From positions 1 to 53,210 of the IMG/VR virus record IMGVR_UViG_3300034061_003829: DNA of 53,210 bases; one strand, given 5' to 3'. Every line of letters starts with the position of its first letter. The stretch's first letter is position 1. A model generated the notes under the pieces. It saw only the letters and a program-made list of their open reading frames with translations. It searched no databases and had not been told where the DNA came from. Shown piece after piece: positions 27,559-37,794 of the stretch. The DNA comes from a virus. Its lineage: Duplodnaviria > Caudoviricetes. Made by a program: the position numbers and the translations under genes.

Positions 27559-30500
27559 ATGTCAAGTTTAAATAATAATTATATAAATAAAACCTTTAAT
27601 TCATTATTAAAATTATTTAGTAATGAATCATTTACTGGGACAACTAAACACATTATTAGTGATGGTTTAGGAAATGTATTACCAATATCTTTTGATGTGG
27701 ATGGTACAACAATTATTTCAGGTGCAACGAAAGCTAATAAATTTATTGGTGGTGATAATACTTCAGCCGGTGGTGATGGAACGTTTGTTGGTGGTGGCGT
27801 ATCAAATGATGCAGCTGGACAATGCTCATCAATTGTTGGTGGTAAAAATAATACAGTATTTAGAGAATATTCAGCTATATTAGGTGGCGAAAATAACGTT
27901 TCAAATGAAACTTATTCGGTTATAGGTGGTGGTTTAAGTAACACTACTGAAGGACAATATTCAGGTATATTAGGAGGGCAAAATAATTATACTAATTTAA
28001 ATAATACATTTATAATTGGTTCTAATATAACCGCAACAACTACTAATACAACTTACGTTGAAAACATTAGTATTGCTGGTAATGTATATGATTCTAATAA
28101 TAGTAGTGGGACAAATGGACAAGTTTTATATAGAGGTGACACCGGTTTAGAATGGTTTACTATTAATATTGGTACAATTACAGGTAATAGTATATCTAAA
28201 GAAGTGTTTTACCAATACACAAGTGATACAAATACTTTAATCGGAACTAAATTAAATATAACTGACTTTAGTTCATATAGTGCCAATACAAATACTTTAA
28301 TTGGAACTAAAGTTGATAATATTAGCTTTTTTAACTATACAGCGGAAACTGAAACTAAAAAATTAGATACCAGTGTATTCGCATTCTATACCGCAAATAC
28401 ACCTTCTAATGTTAGTTATTTAACAACCGCATTTACACAAACATTTGTAAGTTACACTGCTAACACTAAAACAGAAATTGATTCTAAGTTAAATTATACA
28501 ACATTTACTGCATACACGGCAACAACAAATACAAGAATAAATAATAAAGTAGAAACATCTACATATAATTCATTTGTCTCAAGTACTAATTCTTCAATAG
28601 GAAGCTTAACGTCAGGTTTAGCGACTAAGGTTATTGAAGATGGTGGTTCTGGTTCAACTATAAGAATTAATAATAGTAACACAGTTCAAGGTACAGGTTC
28701 ATCAGTATTAGGTGGTTGTACTAACACATCTTCAGGTAATTTTTCAACTATATCAGGTGGTTATAGTAATACAAATGATACTAATGCAAATTGTTCAGTA
28801 ATTGTAGGTGGTTGTATTAATACAAATAGTGAAAGATTTTCATTTATAGGTGGTGGTTGTCGTAATACTTCATCAGGTAATTATGGCTTTATAGGTGGTG
28901 GTTGTCAGAATACGATTGGTAGTGTTGGTAAATCAACAATCGTAGGTGGTTCAACTAACGTAACTAATAGTAATTATACTTATGTGGGTGGTGGTAGCAC
29001 TAACTATGTTGGTACAAATGCTGATTGTGGTGTAATTAGTGGTGGTTTCCAAAATACAATATTAGATGGTGGTAGTGGAGTATGTTTATCAACAATAGGT
29101 GGTGGTGCATACAATCAAGTTGGTGGTAATTTTTCAAATGTTGGGGGTGGTTTCCAAAATACCGCAGCTTGTCAAGGTGGTTTTATTGGTGGTGGTACTT
29201 ATAATACATTACTTGGTAATTGTGCTGTAATTGGTGGTGGTTGTAATAACACAGCATCAGGTGGATATTCAATAATCGGTGGTGGTTGTAATAATAAAGC
29301 GAATGGTGATTACTCAAATATATTAGGTGGTAGTGGAAACGTAGCGGATGCTAACAATACGTTTGTTTTAGGTTCTAATATTAATACTTCAACACCAGAT
29401 ACCACGTATGTAGAAAGTTTGAATGTTTGTGGTGCTTTATATGATAATGGAGCATCTTCAGGTAGTGCTGGTAATATATTATCATCAACAGGAAGTGGTG
29501 CTAGATGGCGTTCAGCTGATAATTTAATATCAGGTAGTACGTCAGTAACAAGTAAATTAAGTTTAACTAATTTCAATACATACACATCTTCAACTAATAC
29601 ATTAATCGGAACTAAATTAAATATAACTGATTTTAGTTTATATAGTGCAAATACTAATACATTAATTGGATCTAAATTAAATTTAGCCGATTTTAGTGTT
29701 TATAGTTCTACTACAAATAATATAAAATACGATAAAAGTGGTGGTATTATTAGTGGTAATGTAACAATTACAGGTAATTTAACTTTGTTGGGTTCAGGTA
29801 ACACAATAAATGTTCAAAACTCAGTTATAACTTCACCTATATTATTACTAGCATCAGGTAGCACACTATCAACATTAAACGCTGGTTTATTAATTAACAG
29901 GGCTACAACAGGAAGCACAGCATTTATCTATAAAGAAGATTTAGGTGAATATCAATTAGGTTACACAACAGCAACAACAGCATCTGGATTATCAATAGTT
30001 AATTTTAATAGCTATGGTAAATTGCGTTTAGGTGGTTTATACACCACTAACGTATATGATAGATTAAATAATAGTGGTTCAGTAAATGACGTATTATTTT
30101 CAAAGGATAGTGGTGTGGAATGGGGTAATTTAGATTATAAACTAAATGTAGTTGATTTTAATTCTTACAGCTCAAATACACTATCAAACTTTATAAGTTA
30201 TACTGGTTTAACTAAAACACAAATAGATAGTAAATTAAATATAACTGATTTTAGTTTATATAGTTCAACAACTAATAATATTATTAATAATAAATTAAGT
30301 ATTTCAGGTGGTACAGTATATGGTGATTTAAATGTTTTAGGTAATGTTACAGCAAATACATTTTATGGTATTGGTGGTTATACTACATTAGGAACACCAG
30401 CAGATGGTAGTTATGATACAGGATTATTAGGTTTAACATCGGCAACAACAATTAATTACGCTGTTGATCAGATTGATACAATTCTAGCTTTATTAGCACC

Positions 30501-31947
30501 AGCTAAACCACCAAGATTAGATGCCTCATCTTGGATTAGTCCAGGTTATTCATCAGCAGTTGCTTCAGGTGATTGGGTTAATATTTCAGGAACTACAATA
30601 AGTAAAGTAATATTTAACAATCTATTACCTCAATTTAGAGTTACAGGCGGAACAAGTGGAACTTTTAGTGGGTTTTGGAATGGTTTATTAGGTGATATAA
30701 CATTTTATGTGAATGGTACATCTAATGGTTCTAAACTTTTAACAACAACAAGTGTAAACGCATCCACAGCTAATACAGGTACTTATTTAGGTTTAACCTT
30801 GAATGTAAATGATTATTATGTGAATCAAACAGGTAAATCAGGTTTCTGGTCAGCAATCGCAGCTTCAGGTAGAACACAGAGTATTTTATCAAACAACGCA
30901 TTTACATCACAAACATATACATTAACTCATACTGAAACAGGAAGTATATCGGAAAGTTTTTATGTTGATACCACTTATACCCCTACAATATCTAATATAT
31001 CGCAAACAGCAACACCTTCTTCAATAACAAGATATGTGTCAGGTGTTCCATCGTTAGCGGTAGGTGATTCTTTCACATATTCATATAGAGTTAATAATGC
31101 GGTAAGTAAGTTCTATACAACAGGAACATTTGCTAAAATGGATGGTTCTACTTGGACAATAAATAGTACATCATACGCTAGTAGTTCATTATCACCTAAA
31201 CCATTTTCAGGGCAATCAGTAACATTAACATCACAATCATTAGCAGCAACAACTAACAAATATAGTGAAAGTCCAAGTATTACTTTTTATGGTTATAACG
31301 CAATAAATGGTGTTGGAACTTCGTCATCATCATTAACAGGTTATAGAATTGATACGGTATCAAATGAAAATAGATTAAGAAATGCGGCGAATGGTGAAAA
31401 TAACCCTCCACCTACAAACTTTTACCCTGTACAGTATCAATTACCATATGATTCAACAGAAAGGATTGTGGGTAATGTAACTAATACGTCTTATAATTAC
31501 GAATTACAATTATTAAATGGTAGTTATCAAGTGCCAACAGGTCTTGATTATTCAACTTATACTGGTGGTTATAATTATTCATCAGTAGGTTCACAAACAA
31601 GATTTGTTTTATTAACAGGAACTCCATTAAGTTCGGTAAATAGTGTGACAATAACATTTAACGGAACAAGCCCTACTTGGACAGCAGCAGCTAATGGTGT
31701 CACTTCAGGATTAACTTTAAATGTAAGAGTTAGTGGAACAGATTGGATTGATGGTAACGCACCATACTCTGGTAGTGGAAGCCCATCGGCTAATGGTACT
31801 CCAGCAATGGTTTCATCCGATTCATCGGCAACAGTTAAAAAAATAACGTTTGGTTCAACTGCGAGAAGTGGGACTATTTATGTGAGAATAGGATTACCAG
31901 CATTAAGCGATAAAAAATTCACAGGAATATCAATAACAACATCATAA
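27559..31947 (+). CDS. Long fibre-like virion protein (two beta-roll arrays, stalk repeats, S/T-rich C-terminal domains)
   Basis: 1462 aa; shares TNTLIGTKL, KYDKSGG.ISG.VTI.GNL and KVIE.G.GST.RINN modules with the other fibres. Confidence 0.75.
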   Translation: MSSLNNNYINKTFNSLLKLFSNESFTGTTKHIISDGLGNVLPISFDVDGTTIISGATKANKFIGGDNTSAGGDGTFVGGGVSNDAAGQCSSIVGGKNNTVFREYSAILGGENNVSNETYSVIGGGLSNTTEGQYSGILGGQNNYTNLNNTFIIGSNITATTTNTTYVENISIAGNVYDSNNSSGTNGQVLYRGDTGLEWFTINIGTITGNSISKEVFYQYTSDTNTLIGTKLNITDFSSYSANTNTLIGTKVDNISFFNYTAETETKKLDTSVFAFYTANTPSNVSYLTTAFTQTFVSYTANTKTEIDSKLNYTTFTAYTATTNTRINNKVETSTYNSFVSSTNSSIGSLTSGLATKVIEDGGSGSTIRINNSNTVQGTGSSVLGGCTNTSSGNFSTISGGYSNTNDTNANCSVIVGGCINTNSERFSFIGGGCRNTSSGNYGFIGGGCQNTIGSVGKSTIVGGSTNVTNSNYTYVGGGSTNYVGTNADCGVISGGFQNTILDGGSGVCLSTIGGGAYNQVGGNFSNVGGGFQNTAACQGGFIGGGTYNTLLGNCAVIGGGCNNTASGGYSIIGGGCNNKANGDYSNILGGSGNVADANNTFVLGSNINTSTPDTTYVESLNVCGALYDNGASSGSAGNILSSTGSGARWRSADNLISGSTSVTSKLSLTNFNTYTSSTNTLIGTKLNITDFSLYSANTNTLIGSKLNLADFSVYSSTTNNIKYDKSGGIISGNVTITGNLTLLGSGNTINVQNSVITSPILLLASGSTLSTLNAGLLINRATTGSTAFIYKEDLGEYQLGYTTATTASGLSIVNFNSYGKLRLGGLYTTNVYDRLNNSGSVNDVLFSKDSGVEWGNLDYKLNVVDFNSYSSNTLSNFISYTGLTKTQIDSKLNITDFSLYSSTTNNIINNKLSISGGTVYGDLNVLGNVTANTFYGIGGYTTLGTPADGSYDTGLLGLTSATTINYAVDQIDTILALLAPAKPPRLDASSWISPGYSSAVASGDWVNISGTTISKVIFNNLLPQFRVTGGTSGTFSGFWNGLLGDITFYVNGTSNGSKLLTTTSVNASTANTGTYLGLTLNVNDYYVNQTGKSGFWSAIAASGRTQSILSNNAFTSQTYTLTHTETGSISESFYVDTTYTPTISNISQTATPSSITRYVSGVPSLAVGDSFTYSYRVNNAVSKFYTTGTFAKMDGSTWTINSTSYASSSLSPKPFSGQSVTLTSQSLAATTNKYSESPSITFYGYNAINGVGTSSSSLTGYRIDTVSNENRLRNAANGENNPPPTNFYPVQYQLPYDSTERIVGNVTNTSYNYELQLLNGSYQVPTGLDYSTYTGGYNYSSVGSQTRFVLLTGTPLSSVNSVTITFNGTSPTWTAAANGVTSGLTLNVRVSGTDWIDGNAPYSGSGSPSANGTPAMVSSDSSATVKKITFGSTARSGTIYVRIGLPALSDKKFTGISITTS

Positions 31948-31959
31948 AAATTATAAAAA

Positions 31960-34900
31960 ATGGCAATAAGTACAAACGAAATAGCTCAAAGATTATTTAA
32001 AAAATTATTAGGTAAAGGTGATACATTTACTAATAGAGCATTCTATGAAGAACCATATAATGGACCACTTCAAATGTTTTCTAATAATGTTTGGACCGAT
32101 ACATCTAAAATACCAACAGTATTTTTCCCAACATCATCAACACAATCAGGGACAACGGTTCAAAGTTTGTTAAATGATTCTTATGTTTATCCAGATGGAA
32201 CAACAGGTTTAACCCAAAATAATGCAGTTGTTCAGATTAAAACATATAACCTAACATTAAATCCTGGTTCTAGTGGTGATACTCAAAGTTTTGCCTTTGT
32301 TAATCCAAACGCTGTTGATGTAGTACCTTCTACCTATGGAAGTGCGTATCAATATTATATAACATATAATAGTGGAACTGTGTTATCATTTGGTTCAGGT
32401 GATTCAGTATTTGACCCTGAATCAGGTATATTAAAGTTTTATACCAATACCCCTTCTGATTGGTCTAGTGGTGATTTTGTTATTAAAGCCGCTAAATATA
32501 TTGGTAATAAATTGTCAGCATATGATTTATCTCTTATTAATACCAATTCAGGTAGTACAGCGCAATTAAACTCATTTTTAAGTGGGTTTTATTCTTACAC
32601 ATCAAACACTAAAACACAAATAGATAATAAAGTTATTGAGGTTGGTAGTGGTGTTGGATCAACCATAAGAATAAATAACAATAACGAAGCATTTTCTGAA
32701 TATTCAAGTGTTTTATCAGGAACAGGTAATACTTCATATGGTAGTAGTTCAGTAATTAGTGGTGGTAAAGAAAATTTAATATCAGGTTCACCTAGTAATA
32801 GATTCTCAGTAATCGCAGGTGGATTAAAAAATACTATATTTGGTAATTCCAATTCAGGTTATGGTTCTTGTAGTGTAATTGGGGGTGGATGTGGTAATAT
32901 AACTTGTGGTGTAGTAACTGTCATAGGTGGTGGTTTTAATAATACCGCATACGCTGCTGGGGCTACAATATCAGGAGGTTATCGTAACGTATCAAATCAA
33001 ACATATTCGTTTATAGGTAGTGGTCAAAATAATAAAATAACAAATATTGCTGGTGGATGTGTATCTGTTATAGGTGGTGGTCTATTAAATACTATTTCGG
33101 GTAGTACATTATGTAATGCAGCTAATTTTATAGGTTCAGGACAAGGTAACACTTTATTTGATTCTAGATTTTCAGTAATAAATGGTGGTTTTAATAATAG
33201 ATTATTTGGGTTTAATTCTACTATTGGCGGTGGAACAATTAACACATCGTATTGTGATAATAGTACAATAGGTGGTGGATGTAGAAATATAATATTAGGA
33301 CCTGGTGGATTTATTGGTGGTGGATTAAATAATATAGTATCCGGTAACACATCAGCAATAGCTGGTGGTATTTGCAACATCGTAACAGGTAATACATCAG
33401 CAATTGTAGGAGGACAACAAAATATTATTACCTCCGATTTTTCCGGTATTTTAAGTGGTAGATTAAATAGGATAGAAAATAGTAATTCTACCATTGGTGG
33501 TGGTATAAGTAATACAATTTTAAGTGATTGTTCATTTATAGGCGGTGGTAATTGTAATACTACATACGCCGGTGGAGCTACAATATCAGGAGGTTATTGT
33601 AACACATCAGATCAAACAAATTCGTATATAGGTAGTGGTAGTCGTAATAAAATAGTAAGTATTGGGGGTGGATGTATATCTGTTATTGGTGGTGGTCAAT
33701 TAAACACTATTTCAGGCAGTACATTATGTAATATAGGTAACTTTATAGGTTCAGGACAAGGTAACACTTTATTTGATTCTAGATTTTCAGTAATAAATGG
33801 TGGTTTTAATAATACTTTAGTCGGATGTAACTCTACTATTGGTGGTGGAACAAATAACATATCGTATTGTGATAATAGTACGATAGGTGGTGGTTGCAGT
33901 AATAATATATTAGGTACTAATGGATTTATAGGTGGTGGTATAAATAATCTAATATCAGGTTCAACATCTGTTATTGATGGTGGTTCCAATAATGGTATAA
34001 CAGGTAATACATCAGCAATTGTAGGAGGACAACAAAATACTATTAAATCAGATTTTTCCGGCATTCTAAGTGGTAGATTAAATAGAGTGGAAAATAACCA
34101 TTCACTTATTGGTGGTGGTATAAATAATACAACTTTAGGTGATTGTTCATTTATAGGTGGTGGTTGTGGTAATAATATATTTAATTGTAGCCACAATTCA
34201 ATTGTTGGTGGTTCTTTAAATACTATTTCAGGTAGCTCATTTTCAATGATAGGTAATGGAGATAGAAATACAATAGCAACATCAGGTGGTATTCAAAATA
34301 TAATTGCGTCAGGTAAACTTAATTTAATATCAGGTAATACATTAAGTTCTACGATTTCTGGTGGGTATAAAAATACGATAATTGGTTCACAATCAACCAT
34401 TGCGGGTGGACAAAATAACATTGTAATAAACACCAATTCAGTAGTTGGTGGTGGTATTAATAATACAATTAGTGGAACTTTATCCGGTATAGTTGGTGGT
34501 TGTGATAATAAAACATTAAGTTCTGGTGGATTTATAGGTGGTGGTATTAATAATATAGTATCCGGTAACACATCAGCAATAGCTGGCGGATCTAATAATA
34601 TTGTAACAGGTAATACATCAGCAATTGTAGGAGGACAACAAAATATTATTACCTCTGATTTTTCCGGTATTTTAAGTGGTAGATTAAATAGGGTCGATAA
34701 TAACCATTCACTTATCGGTGGTGGTATAAATAATACAACTTTAGGTGATTGTTCGTTTATAGGTGGTGGTTGTGGTAATAATATATTTAATTGTTGTTAT
34801 AACTCAATAGTTGTTGGTTTTAGAAATACTATTTCAGGTAGCTCATTTTCAATGATAGGTAATGGAGATAGAAATACAATAGCAACATCACCAAATAGTG

Positions 34901-36876
34901 TTCAAAATATAATTGCGTCAGGTAAACTTAATTTAATATCAGGTAATACATTAAGTTCTACAATTTCTGGTGGGTATTGTAATACAATAATTGGGTCGTA
35001 TTCAACAGTTGCCGGTGGACAAAACAACACTATAACAAGTATTAACTCAGCAGTTAGTGGGGGTTTATGTAATACAATTAGTGGATGTTTATCAGGTATA
35101 GGTAGTGGATGTAGAAATACAATATTATCATCGGGATCAACAATTACTGGAGGTATTTGTAACACAACTTCAGGTGATTGTTCATTAATAGGTGGTGGAT
35201 TTAGAAATACTATATCATCAATTGGTTCAACCATAACAGGTGGTATTTGTAATACAACTTCAGGTGATTGTTCATTAATAGGTGGTGGATTTAGAAATAC
35301 CATTTGTGCTAACTCACCACATACTTTAATAGTTGGTGGTGAAAGAAACGTTATTAGTGGTTGTCATTCAGTAATTGTAGGTGGTAGTGGTAATACAATA
35401 ACTAGTCAAGCTAGATCATTTATTGCTGGTGGTTTTAGAAATACAGCACTTTGTAGTAACACATTTATTTTAGGTAGTAATTTAACAGCAACAACAGTAA
35501 ATACAACTTATGTTGAAAGTTTAAATGTTAAAAACTATGTTTATGATTCTACAAGTAGTTCAGGGACAACAGGTCAAGTTTTAACCACAACTAATTCAGG
35601 TGTTAGATGGAATACATCAGTTGATCCTGTAATTATATTAGGTACAGGAACAGGTTCTTCAGTAAGGAAAGGTAATAATAATACAACATTAGGTAGTTAT
35701 TCAACCGTAAGTGGTGGTCAATACAATACCTCATCAGGTAACACATCAACAATTGCCGGTGGTGGATATAATGTGATTGATGGTTTTGAAAGTTTAATAG
35801 GTGGTGGTGTTGGAAATTATGTGATTAATGATAAATCGTCTGTTGTTGGTGGTTTAATGAATATTGTAGGTGAATCTAAAATATATTCAGCTAATTGGAC
35901 TTTATTTAATACATTATTAACTATTTCAGGTGACGTATCAACTTATTTTAATGTTAATAATGAAGTAAGAGTATTTAATTTCAATGATAACTCATATAAC
36001 ACAACAACGATTTTAGCTTCAGTTTATGATAACCCATCTAATTCAACTCAATTATTATTAAAAGATAGTGTTGGTAGTAATAGTGATACAATATTTTATA
36101 ATAAAACAACATCAATAGAAAATGGTTGTTACAATTTCATTGGTGGTGGTATAGGTAATATATCTTATGGATGTCATTCATCAATAGTGGGTGGTTTTAC
36201 AAATATTACATCAGGTAATACATCAACAATTGCTGGTGGTTGTTATAATACATCGATTGAAAGTTATTCATTTATAGGTGGTGGTGTATGTAATACAGTT
36301 TCTAATACTTATTCAACAATTTTAACTGGTTATAAAAATACAATTACAGGTTGTCATTCAGGTATTATCGCTGGTTCAGGGAATACTATAACAAGTAATA
36401 ATTCAATAATTGGTGGTGGTTGTAAAAATACAATTTATGATTTAAGTGATTATTCAAATATTTTAGGTGGTTATAATAACTACATATCAGGTAGCACATC
36501 TTCTTTAATTATTGGTGGTGGTAATAATACTTTGATTACTACCAATAATTCGTGCCCATCTGAATATTCAAATATTATAGGTGGTCAATGTAATAAAAAT
36601 TATGGCGATTGTACCTCTATACTTGGCGGATCTAATAATACTATTAGTTTTAGAACCCCTGGTTCAGTTATTTTAGGTGGGGCTAATAATACAATACCTG
36701 ATAATATTTCAAGTAGTTTTATATTAGGTAGTAATATAACTGCAAATTGTAGTGACACAACATTCGTAAAATACTTGAATATTGGAGGAATAATAGAAAC
36801 AAACACATGTTCAAGTTTATCGCAAGGAACTCTTTGGAGATGTGTTGGTGATGATGTGGTAAGAATAAAATTATAA
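31960..36876 (+). CDS. Very long Cys/Gly-rich beta-roll fibre protein
   Basis: 1638 aa; most of the protein is ~15-aa SxIGGGxxN repeats with frequent Cys. Confidence 0.75.
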   Translation: MAISTNEIAQRLFKKLLGKGDTFTNRAFYEEPYNGPLQMFSNNVWTDTSKIPTVFFPTSSTQSGTTVQSLLNDSYVYPDGTTGLTQNNAVVQIKTYNLTLNPGSSGDTQSFAFVNPNAVDVVPSTYGSAYQYYITYNSGTVLSFGSGDSVFDPESGILKFYTNTPSDWSSGDFVIKAAKYIGNKLSAYDLSLINTNSGSTAQLNSFLSGFYSYTSNTKTQIDNKVIEVGSGVGSTIRINNNNEAFSEYSSVLSGTGNTSYGSSSVISGGKENLISGSPSNRFSVIAGGLKNTIFGNSNSGYGSCSVIGGGCGNITCGVVTVIGGGFNNTAYAAGATISGGYRNVSNQTYSFIGSGQNNKITNIAGGCVSVIGGGLLNTISGSTLCNAANFIGSGQGNTLFDSRFSVINGGFNNRLFGFNSTIGGGTINTSYCDNSTIGGGCRNIILGPGGFIGGGLNNIVSGNTSAIAGGICNIVTGNTSAIVGGQQNIITSDFSGILSGRLNRIENSNSTIGGGISNTILSDCSFIGGGNCNTTYAGGATISGGYCNTSDQTNSYIGSGSRNKIVSIGGGCISVIGGGQLNTISGSTLCNIGNFIGSGQGNTLFDSRFSVINGGFNNTLVGCNSTIGGGTNNISYCDNSTIGGGCSNNILGTNGFIGGGINNLISGSTSVIDGGSNNGITGNTSAIVGGQQNTIKSDFSGILSGRLNRVENNHSLIGGGINNTTLGDCSFIGGGCGNNIFNCSHNSIVGGSLNTISGSSFSMIGNGDRNTIATSGGIQNIIASGKLNLISGNTLSSTISGGYKNTIIGSQSTIAGGQNNIVINTNSVVGGGINNTISGTLSGIVGGCDNKTLSSGGFIGGGINNIVSGNTSAIAGGSNNIVTGNTSAIVGGQQNIITSDFSGILSGRLNRVDNNHSLIGGGINNTTLGDCSFIGGGCGNNIFNCCYNSIVVGFRNTISGSSFSMIGNGDRNTIATSPNSVQNIIASGKLNLISGNTLSSTISGGYCNTIIGSYSTVAGGQNNTITSINSAVSGGLCNTISGCLSGIGSGCRNTILSSGSTITGGICNTTSGDCSLIGGGFRNTISSIGSTITGGICNTTSGDCSLIGGGFRNTICANSPHTLIVGGERNVISGCHSVIVGGSGNTITSQARSFIAGGFRNTALCSNTFILGSNLTATTVNTTYVESLNVKNYVYDSTSSSGTTGQVLTTTNSGVRWNTSVDPVIILGTGTGSSVRKGNNNTTLGSYSTVSGGQYNTSSGNTSTIAGGGYNVIDGFESLIGGGVGNYVINDKSSVVGGLMNIVGESKIYSANWTLFNTLLTISGDVSTYFNVNNEVRVFNFNDNSYNTTTILASVYDNPSNSTQLLLKDSVGSNSDTIFYNKTTSIENGCYNFIGGGIGNISYGCHSSIVGGFTNITSGNTSTIAGGCYNTSIESYSFIGGGVCNTVSNTYSTILTGYKNTITGCHSGIIAGSGNTITSNNSIIGGGCKNTIYDLSDYSNILGGYNNYISGSTSSLIIGGGNNTLITTNNSCPSEYSNIIGGQCNKNYGDCTSILGGSNNTISFRTPGSVILGGANNTIPDNISSSFILGSNITANCSDTTFVKYLNIGGIIETNTCSSLSQGTLWRCVGDDVVRIKL
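32940..34980 (+). repeat. Internal mosaic duplications with 606-615-nt period
   Basis: ACAGGTAATACATCAGCAATTGTAGGAGGACAACAAAATA at 33385, 34000 and 34606; 73-nt identity 33127-33199 with 33742-33814. Confidence 0.85.
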
Positions 36877-36912
36877 TATTTACTAAGAGCGTAGTTTTCT
36901 TATATTCATTAT

Positions 36913-37794
36913 ATGAAAAACTACGCTTTATTTCACATAGAAGGTGGGTTGGGTAAACACGTTGCCGCCACCGCAGTTGCAAAATGTATAAAAAACAATC
37001 ACCCTGATAGGGAGCTTCTTGTTGTATGTGCATACCCTGAAGTATTCTTAAATCTTAATTTTGTTCATAAAGTATTTAGGTTAGGTAACACACCATACTT
37101 TTATCAAGATTATATTAAAGACAAAGATACTTTAATATTTAAACACGAACCTTACTTCACAGAAGATCACATTGGTAAAAAATTATCTCTTACTGAGAAT
37201 TGGTGTAAATTGTATAAATTAGATTACTTAGGTGAAACACCTGAATTAGTATTTAATGTTAGACAAACACAATGGGGTTTTAGAAAATGGCAAAGACAAA
37301 GACCCGTTATGGTTATTCAAACAAACGGAGGTCCATTAAATCAAGAAATGCCTTATTCTTGGACAAGGGATATTCCTTATCCTGTAGCACAAGCTTTAGT
37401 TGATTATTACGCTAAAGATTATCATATTATACAAGTTTGTAGACACGAAGAAAATAAATTATCTGGTTGTGAACACGTAATGGAATCAATGTCAAATATG
37501 GAATTATTCTCATTATTATTATCATCACAAAAAAGAATACTTATTGATAGTTGTTTACAACACGCAGCGTCAGCTTTAGGATTAAAATCAACCGTATTAT
37601 GGATTGGGACATCACCTAAATTATTTGGTTATGATTCACACGATAATATTGTAGCACAAATAAATGACAACATTAAATTACCTGATAGTTATTTATTTGA
37701 TTTTAGTTTTAATGGGGTATTACATGAATGTCCTTTAATGGATTTTAACATTTTCGATATGGATTCAATAATTTATTCAGTAAGCACACAATAA
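36913..37794 (+). CDS. GT-B glycosyltransferase (GT9/heptosyltransferase-like)
   Basis: N-terminal GGLGKHVA.TA; C-terminal IDSCLQHAASALG..STVLW..T.P..FGY..H.N. Confidence 0.7.
   Translation: MKNYALFHIEGGLGKHVAATAVAKCIKNNHPDRELLVVCAYPEVFLNLNFVHKVFRLGNTPYFYQDYIKDKDTLIFKHEPYFTEDHIGKKLSLTENWCKLYKLDYLGETPELVFNVRQTQWGFRKWQRQRPVMVIQTNGGPLNQEMPYSWTRDIPYPVAQALVDYYAKDYHIIQVCRHEENKLSGCEHVMESMSNMELFSLLLSSQKRILIDSCLQHAASALGLKSTVLWIGTSPKLFGYDSHDNIVAQINDNIKLPDSYLFDFSFNGVLHECPLMDFNIFDMDSIIYSVSTQ

Noticed and set aside
32940-34980. Duplicated blocks as DGR template/variable repeats
   Set aside because: Differences are not adenine-specific, both copies lie in one reading frame, and no reverse transcriptase is in the window.
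33024-35303. Minus-strand Pro-rich ORFs inside fibre genes (and similar ORFs at 7528, 10705, 14994, 29310, 40494, 45402, 47195)
   Set aside because: Antisense shadows of GGT-rich or repetitive sense codons, fully nested in long real genes.
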